Source of the DNA: Epithemia pelagica | Lineage: Eukaryota; Protista; Bacillariophyta | Assembly (NCBI GenBank): GCA_946965045.2 | Contig: OX337236.1 | Location: forward strand, 2,046,001-2,110,000 | Length of the DNA: 64,000 nucleotides | Reading direction: 5' to 3' | Part shown: positions 22,050-32,979 of the stretch, piece by piece | How positions within the stretch are numbered: the first letter of the stretch is position 1 | Layout of the letters: the number at the start of each line of letters is the position of its first letter | Made by a program: the position numbers and the translations under genes | The notes under the pieces: model-generated | Database searches by the model: none | Seen by the model: the letters and a program-made list of their open reading frames with translations, nothing else | Told to the model about the DNA's origin: nothing

Positions 22050-22429
22050 GATTGTCTAGATTATCGCCGTCTCAGTTGAAAGGCTGGAAATAAGGCCCAA
22101 TATTGTAGGCCCCTTGCTGATTGGATGCACTTTTCCTTTGAAGTCAAGCGCAGTATTTTGTTATTATCGAAAGTACAAATGCAACAATCAACAATCGTGT
22201 TGATTGGATGTAGCGGATGAACAGGAGAATTCTCTGCGTCCCGTCGATGTTGTGGGAAACCACGACTGAACGTGCGACCAGACCCGTGTGGCCGCCAACC
22301 GCCAACCGCTGGATTGCTGATGTTCAATGCTCACACGAAAGTCTGAGAGTGCGTTCATCATGAGGGATTATCATGACGGAAACCCTTCGCTGCCGACGGC
22401 GAATGGTACCGGACTGTTTGTAGAGGATC

Positions 22430-24333
22430 ATGTCGTCGGATCAAAGAAAGAAAGCCAAAGTCAACCCCGACGCTATGGAAGTAGATTCTGCCGAAGCACC
22501 GGAAACGTTGATTTCCTTAAAGGAGTCTAAGGCAACGACGATAGAAGATGGAGAAATTCTAAAGAGGTTGCGGCCCGTTGTTTTCAAGCTGAAACCGTAC
22601 GATGACACGGGATCGCTATGTTCGGACCTGGACAAAATCGACTTTCTAGAGCAATGTTCGTCGATTGCTTCCAAATCGATGGATGGTATCTTGGAAGATT
22701 TGCTCTCAATTTACTCTGAATCGATGGATCGCGAAGCCGCTAGTATTTTAACGACGGGCGAAGTTCATCGTTTCCATCGAGAGGCGGCGATTGAGACTAG
22801 TCATGCGATTCTATTTTCACAGTTGGTGGGCATAGATGATGAGGAGTCAGGAATGAAGGTTTACAACGAGATGGTTCCTGATTTACAGTGTCCTGGAGAA
22901 ACGAAATCCCTCGTCATCCGCCCCGACGATCAAGAATTTTGGGACCGATGCATCGAGCTCAGTTTGGAGGATCGCCCGGTGTGTGGATTGGGGGATGCTG
23001 GCATTGGAAAAACAATTTCGACGCTTTATTTGCTGCAGCAACTCCTCATGATACAGAAGAAGCCAGTCGTCTATACTATCCGAATGGAATCTGGATTCAG
23101 AGATATCTTTTACGAATTTGTTCCGGTCGTCGTGAATGGGATAGTCACCGCTATTACTGTGTCTGTTCACAAGTTGCTCCACTGCGACATGATGGAAATT
23201 GCCAGTATGAAAGAAACAGGAGCATTCTTTGTTGTAGATTCAGGAACATATCAACATTCATGCGATGCTTCACGTGAACTCTTTGAAGCGAGATTCATCA
23301 TGACTGCCGCTAATGATAAAGTGCACTGGGGTGGCAGCAATTTTACCAAGTTTCGGGAAGCAGATCCTCATCCGATGGATCGCAGACGTCCAAATTCGAA
23401 GACAGGTAGACTGGTGTATGGTCGTCTTTGGACTGGAAGTCAAGTGCTCAAGGCCAAGCCATACATCACGCGCTTGCAAGGTCTCGATGACAAGGAAGTG
23501 TTGCGTCGTTTCAGAATAGTGGGATGATCCATGCGTGATATCATCGACTTCAAAGAGGAGGAGTTCACACGAAATGTGGAAGTTGCACTGAATCTCGATG
23601 CAGACACAGTCAAATATCTTGCAGAGGGAAGGTACAAGTTACTTTTGATCAAACGGTACCCTCGAGTATCCCTATCGGACTGGGTCCAAACGATCAAAAC
23701 CCGACACTATTCAAGACAACCCTGAAATCAGACTTTGTAGAAGAAAGGCTTGCCAGCAGGCACCTTAAAATTTCGTGGTATGCAGTGCTTGACAAGATCA
23801 ACGAGGGCAATCGCGGAAACCTTTTCGAATCATATCTGCGTTTGAAGTTCTCCTCTGGACCGGTTCTGTTTTCACAAGAGAAAATCCGTGAGAGCCACCG
23901 AGAAAAGCCACCTGCAAGTAAAAGAGAACGAAAGAACTACCAGCCAGTTCCCAATGGGATGACGATTGGATCAGACCGGAATCTTGTGCGAGTGTCGGAT
24001 ATGAATGCGGCTGTGCACGCAGACCAGACCCAAGTGAACATGTTCTACTCTAAGGATGAGAGTGAGCCTCTGATCGACATGATTTTTCGGGTCGACAATG
24101 GGTACGATGCAGTTCAGGCTACTATTGGTAAGTCTCACGGTGCTGCTACCGAAAAAATAAGAACCTTGAAGGCTGAATTGGGCTTGCAAGACGACGAAAA
24201 ACTGCGGATCTTTTTCGCAGTACCGCAGAGTCGCTTTAGGGAGTTTGAGACGGCTCCAGTCAATCCGCTTCTCGATGAGGAAGACCTCAATAATGTGTTT
24301 ATTTACCACATTGTCGTCTCCGACATTGAATGA
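22430..24333 (+). pseudogene. Crinkler/RHS-like P-loop NTPase plus restriction-endonuclease-fold protein, disrupted
   Basis: Walker A GDAGIGKT, then GNLFESY and PLIDMIF...DAVQATIGKSH (REase-like). In-frame TGA at 23525-23527 (VG*SMR) and a 1-nt frameshift near 23640 join the three ORF fragments. Confidence 0.6.
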
Positions 24334-25172
24334 TCTTCTGCATGTTGTCGCGGTATTATTCCATGCAAAGTTGCCTTAAGGCTATTATACATGTGAGATG
24401 CTTTTCTGGACATCGTTGTTGTTTGTTATTGCTCCTGATAGTAGAAAAGGCCAAGATCCATGAGGCCCCGAAGAGGCTGCAGCCGCGTAGGACATTGAAA
24501 ACGACGAGTTGCCAGAAGCAGTAGAGAAATAATCTTGTTAGATCGATTGAAGAAAGGCCCAAGTATTTTATCCTAGTAGTCGATTGTCAAAAATTCCGAT
24601 TACAACATGTAGATAATCCTAAAAGGAACGCGTAGAGCCCCAAAAATAGCACTCCCCAATCGCATGTCCGGGTCATCTACCCATCGACCCGAATGAAACC
24701 CGCAAAGGGTAGAGCACCCTTTGCCATCCATGTTTGATGGGTGGTCCGCCCAAACCGAATGCAGAAGCATTTACCGACTCTGTATTTTATCATGAGGATA
24801 CTACGAGTATGAGAGTCTGGATCTAGTAGGTCGGGGGTGGGAGGATGTCGTTCTAAATCCAGCAAAAAAGAAGGAGAAGCCACGGACATTACTCGTATTT
24901 ACATAGCGTCTTGCTTCTTTTTCACTCGTGACATCTCCCTAGTCAAACCATAAATAAACTACCATGTAGAGTTTCCTATGGATGATAAAAGTTCCCAAAG
25001 TCGTCTTCTGGTGGATGGCGGATACCCGCCACGCCATGCAGAGAGTTCGAGACTGTTTTGTCCGCCTCATCCCACAAAATCGCGGGACCAAACAAACATC
25101 CACCCTGTACTTTTAGCGCAGTCCTCATATTTCTGTTTAGAAGGAGAAATACAGGACCCGACATTAACAGCA

Positions 25173-26720
25173 ATGTCGAAACAAATCAGAACCAGTCCAG
25201 CAAGAGGGGTATCTCTACAGAAGAGAGGAACTACTGTAGACAGGAGTCGTCACACCCCTGTATGTGGTGGCCCTCTCGGAACAATCGCGATCTTACGGTT
25301 CCCTCCGCTATGGTTGCTTTGCTGGATGGTGGTCCTAGCGTGGTGCCTCCTACAGCTCGTGTTTCTGGAACAACTTCTCGTTCTGGAGCCGTCCAGCTTG
25401 GTTCCAGAAAAGACTCCATACAACAACAATCAGCAACATCCCGAAAGCAGCATAAAAAGCCAAACTAGTCGTTTCGTTCCAACCTTATCCACCGCAAGCA
25501 TTTCTCAACCTCCAACAACAACAACAACAACATGGGGAGACTATTCACAGCCAGAGTTTGTTCCTACTCATCGTTCCATCCATCTCAAACCTCAAGAAGG
25601 TACACAAAGTCGCAACAACACGACAGTCGCCACTACCACCATGCACGAAAAATCAAACAGTTCCAACCTTGCGATTGATCATGTCCATGCTACAGAATTT
25701 CCATACGCCTTAAGCTGTCCCGGTCAAGTGTTGCATCCCCGACAGAACAATTACACAGTAGTGTTGGGATACCACGTTGGCATGTTGCGTAATTGGCGTT
25801 CCATTGTTCACGATCAATTGCAAACCTTGTACCAATGTGGATTGGGACCGGCGCTTTCCGAGTGGTTTGTTTCGTACGCCATGTCACGGCATTTGCAAGA
25901 GCATCATCAACCCGAAAAAGAACCAACACGCCGCCGTCGTCAACGGCTTGTCAAGGAATTGCAAACCTTGTTGATTCCGCCTCCATCAGTACCACAAAGT
26001 GTCACACCACCGCAACTCTTTGCTAGTAGAGGAATTCCGTGGGAAGGATCCATGCTGAATCAATTGATTCAGTATTGTCAAGAGATCCCACAAGACAAGA
26101 AGGCAACCACTCTGGTCTTTTATTGGCACACCAAGGGTTCCTCCCGATGGCATCAAGATTGGCGTGCCCGTTGGCAAGAACCATATACGTATGGACCCGT
26201 CCTGTATTGGCGCAAATATCTGGAATACTTTGTCCTAGAACGACCAGCCCATTGCATTCATCGCCTGATGCGAGAGGGAGCACAAACTTGTGGAGTTGCA
26301 CACCAAGCCCAGTCGGGGATCTATGCTGGCAATATATGGGCCGCCACATGCTCGTATCTCACACAAATACCCAAGGTGCAAATTCGAACATTCAACCAAC
26401 CAGTCATGTCCAATCAAACTCACTCCCCGTCCTCTCAAAGTTACACCGCCGCCAAGTCTTGGGAGAGTGGGTATTTTGATGCGGAACAAGCCTTTGGTAT
26501 TCCTCAGCGACAAGCAAGGCAGCAACAACAAGAGCTGTTGAAGCGAAACCATACTCGTCCGAGTAGAAGTAGCAGGAACGATCTTTCCCATATCTATGTA
26601 TCATTGCACCAACCCAAACAAGCGCAACGACGAAAGCGACAAGCCGGTTTCTACGCACATGCGTTGAAACCAGAGGAATATCGTTCCGCCATTGCGGATT
26701 GGGGACCACTGTCCGTGTAG
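25173..26720 (+). CDS. Type II membrane protein, glycosyltransferase-like (HTKG motif family)
   Basis: One N-terminal TM helix and an S/T-rich stem, then a globular domain with YHVGM..NW, FYWHTKG, YWRKYLEYF and GNIWAATCSY. Confidence 0.55.
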   Translation: MSKQIRTSPARGVSLQKRGTTVDRSRHTPVCGGPLGTIAILRFPPLWLLCWMVVLAWCLLQLVFLEQLLVLEPSSLVPEKTPYNNNQQHPESSIKSQTSRFVPTLSTASISQPPTTTTTTWGDYSQPEFVPTHRSIHLKPQEGTQSRNNTTVATTTMHEKSNSSNLAIDHVHATEFPYALSCPGQVLHPRQNNYTVVLGYHVGMLRNWRSIVHDQLQTLYQCGLGPALSEWFVSYAMSRHLQEHHQPEKEPTRRRRQRLVKELQTLLIPPPSVPQSVTPPQLFASRGIPWEGSMLNQLIQYCQEIPQDKKATTLVFYWHTKGSSRWHQDWRARWQEPYTYGPVLYWRKYLEYFVLERPAHCIHRLMREGAQTCGVAHQAQSGIYAGNIWAATCSYLTQIPKVQIRTFNQPVMSNQTHSPSSQSYTAAKSWESGYFDAEQAFGIPQRQARQQQQELLKRNHTRPSRSSRNDLSHIYVSLHQPKQAQRRKRQAGFYAHALKPEEYRSAIADWGPLSV

Positions 26721-27059
26721 TAGGAAACAACGCCAAGACGGTTTGATCAGGTTTGTTGGCGGATCGTATCGGATAACTAGGAAGGCAGATTGGCATCTAG
26801 GCAAAGCAAGAGACTTGTAAAAAAGTGCTCGCGACAGGGTGTCTTGGTTATAGAGGTTGTTTTGAGAAACATCTACCAATCTCCATGGCATGCAGTGTTC
26901 CTGCGCTTCTGATCGATTTGACATTCGAGGAATTTTTTGTTCTTGTTTCGTTTTACGTCTTCTTTCTCTCTGTCTCTGTCTCGATGTTTTCGTAAGGGGT
27001 GTCACGACCTGTAGGCAAGCTCCATCTTGTTTCCATATAGCGTGTCTTCTTGTTCTCTC

Positions 27060-27509
27060 TTAATCTTTGAGTGTATTGATAATGGTCGCCACCACACCTC
27101 CAATTCCACCATCGCCCAAATTGGCCAAGACCAGGAAATTGAGGGCGATCAATCCAAAGCCAATCGCCGTCAAGGTGACCGAGTCGACATCATCGACCAA
27201 ATCGACACGAACCTTTTGTGGCTCGCCCAAAGGACGAGGAGACGGACGATCAAAACCCAAGGATTGAGCTGATGGCGGTTTCGGGTCGTTATCGTCTGGA
27301 TTGTTGGAGGAAGCCAAGGGTCTACACGACCATGGCGACTGTTTTGGTTGGGTCAGAGAAGTGCCACCAAATCCAATTTTCCTGGATGGTGTTTTCGATC
27401 GGGTCACAGTAAAGGCTGCCACCGATTGAAACGGTTGATCCAGTGAATGGAACAGAAAGGAAAGCAAGAGGCAAGCAAGCAGGCTTTGAAGAAATGCCCT
27501 CATCGTCAT
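27060..27509 (-). CDS. Small plastid-targeted membrane protein of unknown function
   Basis: Signal peptide ending VAA-F (ASAFAP-like), an S/T/R-rich transit region, and a C-terminal TM helix followed by NLGDGGIGG. Confidence 0.65.
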   Translation of the reverse strand: MTMRAFLQSLLACLLLSFLFHSLDQPFQSVAAFTVTRSKTPSRKIGFGGTSLTQPKQSPWSCRPLASSNNPDDNDPKPPSAQSLGFDRPSPRPLGEPQKVRVDLVDDVDSVTLTAIGFGLIALNFLVLANLGDGGIGGVVATIINTLKD

Positions 27510-27779
27510 GGTCGTTTGGAAACCAACAGGAGCTTTGGAAGCGGAAGCGGAAACAACGCGTACGTGTTCAAATGAATCGCTTTCCAGTCGCGCCATAACT
27601 CTCTATCCAATATCCAATACCGAGCTACGGTATTAGACTTGGAAAAACTGCATTCGTCTGAATGAAACTCTGTTGACATTTACAATATCCAAGTCACTCT
27701 ATAGTATATCGTGAATAGAACCTACTGTGCTTGTTTGCTCTCTACTCTCCCATTCCCATGGACCACTCTTGGAGTTGTC

Positions 27780-29741
27780 TTATCGAGACGCCTGTTCTGG
27801 GTTTGGTCGACGACGCATGTTTTGCCACCACGGCTTGTTATTATTTTTGCTCTCATTGGCTTCCATCAAGAGGTTTGGGCCATGCATTGTGGCAATGTGT
27901 GGCAAGGCTGCTTCCAGGAAATGTCGCAAGACGGCAGTGCGATGATATTGTGCCTCCCCTACCACATTGTACCGTAAAAAGGTAGCTCGAGTCGCGGCAT
28001 CCACCACGTTCGTGCCCCATACACTCCAGGAAGAAGTGGCGTCATCGTCGACGGCTTGGACCGTCTCGTCCAAGACTCCACCCCCAGGACTGGTCCAACT
28101 GCTCGGACTGGTACGGTCCAATACAAAGGTTCCCACAAGAGCGGCCAATACCAAGGACCAAACAAGACCTCGTTGCAGGTTGGTGGTCCCTTGGGTTTGA
28201 TACAAGGCGGGTAGATTCAAAATCAAAAGTCCTATCCAAAACAAGCATTCCCCCAATGTCATCAAGGAACTATCATCGAGTCCAAGCTCGTCATGAATTG
28301 AGGCCAATTTCGAGAGCAACGAGGAAATCGAGGCCGTCGTGCTGTCGGTTGTCAACCACAAGGGCATCAAAACAAGGCCTTGCAAACAAAAACCAGCCAA
28401 ACAAACCAAAAGTCCCAGTAATTCGGCTCCACCCTGCTGTTCTTCATCGTCGTCATCTTTGCTGTCTCTTTTGTTGTTGGTGCTACCCTCCTTGTTCTGG
28501 ACTTGGGTTTCTTTGGTCCTGCTGCGTTGTTGGGTATGGGTAACGAGCGTCGCCCAATGTGGCGCGGTCCACACCAACATCCACAGGGTACTGGCCATCT
28601 CATAAACTACCAAGGTTTCAATGGGAACGGCATGGCCGTGAAAGGGATGACGTCGACGATGATGCAGGGACCATGCCACGGAATGATGGGAGGAAGAATC
28701 AGTCCCCCACAAGGATTCGAATCTGGATACTACCAACTCTTGAAAGAGTGCGGGGTATTCCAAGCCGCATTGGACTCCCAAGGTCTTGATACCGTAGAGG
28801 AATAAACACAAACTGCTGTACCAAGTGCAGGGTGGCAACGACGACTGGTCTCCTAGAACAAGGGGTGGGAGTGCTACCAAAACCAGTGTGAGTCCACCAC
28901 CCATAACTTCCAGGGGGAACAAGGATTGATCGTATAGGGCCCAGATCAAGCCAAAGAGCGTCACACATCCCCATACGGCAAGACTGGTCGAAAGAAAGGC
29001 CGAGGACGGGTCCAACGTGTTTGGATTGTCTCTGCGATTGGCCGTCCGTCGAGCCCGAGAATCGTCCTCGAGAATAACATCCAGGGACCGATCCTTTGTT
29101 TCGTCAGACATAATTCCGGAAGCAAATGGAGTTGTCGTCGCAACTGGTTTCTTGGTTTGGAATGATTCTCCTCTTGTCCCATTGGTTGCCTCTGTGTTTG
29201 ATTTGATGACCTGTTCCGTTGGAGTCATCGTCTTGATGCTCGGTTGGTGAATGTCGTCATCGTTGTTGTCTGGACTGTTGTTTGGTTGCTCATTCACGTT
29301 TGAGTGGTCGTTGTTGCGGTTGACGCTTCCGTGTTGCTCCGTCGTCGTCTGTGGTCTCAAGAGGGGTAGTAACCGGGGAGCAGCCTTGACAAGAGATTTC
29401 ATGAGGAGTCGATCTTCCAAGGGCACCACCGGTTCCACGACGGTCGATGAATGTGTTTCCTGTGCGACCGAATGAATGGTAGAAATGGTGATGAGTGAAA
29501 TATTGTCATCCTCGTCGTCGTCGTCATCATCATCGAAACTTTGATCTAACGAATGATTGAGATGATTATCCTCATCGTCGTCACTGTGGCCGCCGCCGCC
29601 TTGTTTCTTGACATCTTCTCCCAATAAGGCAAATTTGCCATTTTGGTAATGATGTTCGTGATGATACCCTGGACGTTGTTCGGCCGCGTCCGAAGCAATC
29701 GTCAAGTGCAAATTGGTTCCTCTCGATATATTCAACGACAT
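27780..29741 (-). CDS. Multi-pass membrane protein, possibly DUF1295/steroid 5-alpha-reductase-like
   Basis: Acidic low-complexity N-terminus and several TM segments. LGECLFWIG resembles the GE..FW.G motif of DUF1295. Confidence 0.45.
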   Translation of the reverse strand: MSLNISRGTNLHLTIASDAAEQRPGYHHEHHYQNGKFALLGEDVKKQGGGGHSDDDEDNHLNHSLDQSFDDDDDDDEDDNISLITISTIHSVAQETHSSTVVEPVVPLEDRLLMKSLVKAAPRLLPLLRPQTTTEQHGSVNRNNDHSNVNEQPNNSPDNNDDDIHQPSIKTMTPTEQVIKSNTEATNGTRGESFQTKKPVATTTPFASGIMSDETKDRSLDVILEDDSRARRTANRRDNPNTLDPSSAFLSTSLAVWGCVTLFGLIWALYDQSLFPLEVMGGGLTLVLVALPPLVLGDQSSLPPCTWYSSLCLFLYGIKTLGVQCGLEYPALFQELVVSRFESLWGTDSSSHHSVAWSLHHRRRHPFHGHAVPIETLVVYEMASTLWMLVWTAPHWATLVTHTQQRSRTKETQVQNKEGSTNNKRDSKDDDDEEQQGGAELLGLLVCLAGFCLQGLVLMPLWLTTDSTTASISSLLSKLASIHDELGLDDSSLMTLGECLFWIGLLILNLPALYQTQGTTNLQRGLVWSLVLAALVGTFVLDRTSPSSWTSPGGGVLDETVQAVDDDATSSWSVWGTNVVDAATRATFLRYNVVGEAQYHRTAVLRHFLEAALPHIATMHGPNLLMEANESKNNNKPWWQNMRRRPNPEQASR

Positions 29742-30523
29742 GGTCGGCGATGATGATGCGAATACCCCACAACAAATAATACCGGAGGACCCGACAATGT
29801 CTCGGACCAAACAAGGAGGAGTTCTTTTGGAACCAGAACAGCAGAGGGGTTGCAGTTCTTATTCACTAGTCCCCTGTTTCAGTACTCTTGGTCTTTGAGT
29901 TGCTTTAGTTCTTTTTCTTCTCCAGCTTGATGATAGAGATGAATGAGGGACAATGAGCGAAACCGAGAAAAGGTATTGTATTGTACAGAGTGTGATGGTG
30001 ATGACTCAATGTACACCCAAGTTAAGATGGGACCAAGGAACATGGTCAGGCCACGTCATGAAGTCTGAGCATTGGCGTTGGAGTGCAAGTCGGGCGGTCC
30101 ACCCAAAAGAAGAGCCGGCCTCGCTGTCACACAAAGAATGAGGCAGAACGGGCGTGCAACTCGGAAGAGGAAGTTCCAAAAAGAACATGTGCATCCCATC
30201 TACTGCGACAAAGCCTCTTCCATTCCATATCTCAAAGTGGACTGCCTCCAAATAGAGGATCGTCCGATTCAAGAGGCATGGGCACTCTTGAATCAAACAA
30301 CAATGCGCCAACAATGGATCCCTAATGGAGCGCGACATGCGATCCATGACAAACAAGCAAAGACGCAGCAAACAAAACAAGAGGGACACGGAGAGCTCAC
30401 TCTTTGGGTTTTCTACGGTTCGTCGGCGAAGGTCTGATCCCCTTTGGCGCCGTTCTTGATTTCTAAAGAGTTGAAACTCCAACTTTCTCTGCTCACTTCG
30501 CTCTCTTACTTACTCCTTCTACC

Positions 30524-32979
30524 ATGTCGGTTCCTCCTCCTCCTCCTCCTGCACAGGATGCTGATACGCTCCTCTCTGCGCTCGTCGCTTCGGCCTCCGT
30601 GGCTAACACCCCTGCGGCTGGGGCCGCCCGTCCTTCTACGGCGGCTCTGGGGGGGGATCGCGGTCAAATCTCCTTTGCTGCTGACCCTCCCACGGATGAG
30701 ATGATGGTTCAAGGCACGGAAACCGCATTGTTTCCTGAGAGCACCATGGACCCTACTGTCCTTGGACGCTCTACCGGTGGTAGTAAGTTTGGTGTCGTGG
30801 CACTTCGCGCAAGCGAATGTGCAGACAAGTTGTTGTGTTTGGGTCTCAAGCGCGGCGGAGCAACCTTTTGCATCGACCCCAAGTGCGCTAAAGCCGGGGA
30901 CCATGGAACTGGTCTAGCTCCCGTCGACTTGGGACCCTCAGGAGGATTGTTCATTACCAAGAACCCTGCCTCTGCCTTTTGCACTCCGGTTATCTCGTTG
31001 AGTGAGATCTCTCAGGAGACACTGGACCAAGTCCAGCATGAAAAACACACTATGGAAGAATGGACGAAGAAATTCGTTGCTATGAAACGTCTTAATCAAG
31101 TTAAGAAAGAAGGTCACCTGGATGCCAGTCTGAAGGAAACAGAGCATAAAATCTCCAAGGCTGACTCCCTCCGTACCCCGTTTACACTCAAGAAAGCTAC
31201 CTCTACCTCCACCTCCTTTGTCGTCGAGAATTTCTCTCCTCACCACAAGATTTTGGACGGGGATCTGCAGGATGTGATTCGGAAGATTACTGTTGACTCC
31301 TCCTTGGTTCCGATAACTCTTCGCGAAATCGAAGACTCGGTGATGGAAGCAGGAGAAGTGATCCAGACTTTGTCCTTGGAACAACAAGCCATTTCGCGTC
31401 AAAACAGCACAGCCGTTGAAGCTCTAGGAATCAAATTTGATAAACTGTCCATGGAAATTGGACCTCGAGAGGACTTGCCGGACGAGTACCAAGCCCCGAC
31501 CCTCTGGGGAATCATCTCTTCGATGATTCGTTCCATTCAAGAATCCTCTCCCTCGACGACTGAATCTCACCAACGTGCTGTGGATAGTCGCCTTGCCGCG
31601 GTTGAGTCCTCTATTGCTACTTTCTTCTCAACCATCCAAGGCCAAGTCTCTTCGAAGTTGTCCTCGACCCAAGTTGAGACTCGTAACTCGGTAGACAAGC
31701 TTCGAAACCAATTCGTGCAAGGCTTCAAAGGAATCCTCGATCGCTTGTCGGCCCTTGAATCCAACACGACGCTCACCAACCGTATCTTGACCATTGAAAA
31801 CAAGATGTCGTCCCATGAAATTTTACTTAGCCAACTGGGAACCTCCCCGCAGATGTTCGGTGCAACACAGACGACATCCAACACAGGAGCACCAGCCCTT
31901 CAAAACAAAGTCACTGCTCTTGAAGGGGAAATCGCGAATTGAGGACCCTCTTGGGAGATGCCAATTTGGAAATGCAACGTCTCAAGGGCAAGGTCGACAC
32001 TTCCACCATCAAGTTCGGAAATCTTGGCGTAGCAACGGTTGATGACTGCAAAGCCTGGGTGGCCCTCAAGTTCGGGTCAAGAGCGTACGGTCTTTTGTTT
32101 GATCTCAACTTGGTGCTTGAATGGTGTGCCCCGCAGGAGAATGGGGATGTTTTATCCATGCTGACTACCATGGAAAAACGACACAAGATGCAGATCGCGA
32201 CAACAAATGAAGCTCGAGCGATTTATGCGATGAAGAATGAATTTCCCCAGCTCTTGTACAAAGATTTCCCTGGCACCGGGCGGGACCCTTCGTTTCTCAC
32301 TGCGATGAAAGAGTACTCGGATTGGGAGTCGCCCGAGCCGGGAGTTCGTGACCGAATCCTGAATGGTCTAGGCAACATGAATTCTATGTTTGGAGAACAA
32401 ATTGCCACAACGATGGCCAATGAACCTGAAGCCCGTTCCTTAGCCTTATCTATGCTATCTGTTTCGGTGGGTTGTTGCCGTGAATTGGTAACCTATTTTG
32501 ATGAAACCATGAATGAACTCACTATCAAGTCGAAGTTTACTACCCGCAAGGCCTTCAGTTTGGTTACCCAAGTGGTCAGGCGCTTCTTCATGGACTTATA
32601 CAAGGTTAGGGCTCAAGTCTACTTGTCTCTTTCGACCACTGATAGTGCTGGCCAGTGCGCATGGATACTTTACGGCGTTCTTCGTACCCACGATGTTATG
32701 AGCGATTACGTCAAAGCTCGTTTCAAGAACCATCCGTCCGTTTCAAGCGAATACATTCGCTTCCTTTCCACCAACTCGGGCTTCGAGTCCCTCAAGACGC
32801 TAGAAGATCAAGTGGAATCCTTGAAGCGTACCTCTGCTCAGTTGGTCAAAGATGTTACCTCGGCCAAGAAAGCTTCCGACACGGCCAGCAGCACTGTGGA
32901 CAGTGTCAAAAAGGATGTGACCGAATTGAAGAAACAAGCCCAGCGTCGTGGAGGATCTACCAACGGTGACAAGAAGTGA
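30524..32979 (+). pseudogene. Gag-like ORF1 of the YR retrotransposon, split by a 1-nt frameshift at ~31939-31942
   Basis: Cys/His cluster CADKLLC...FCIDPKC..AGDH and coiled-coil regions. ORFs 30524..31942 and 31939..32979 abut (EIAN*/LRTLLG). Confidence 0.65.

Noticed and set aside
30006-30482. Minus-strand 158-aa ORF upstream of the YR gag
   Set aside because: No motifs; it lies in the probable 5' non-coding region of the element.
31921-31945. Programmed -1 frameshift within the YR gag
   Set aside because: No X XXY YYZ heptamer in the ORF1a frame (GGGAAAT is out of phase); a 1-nt deletion in a copy with other lesions is simpler.
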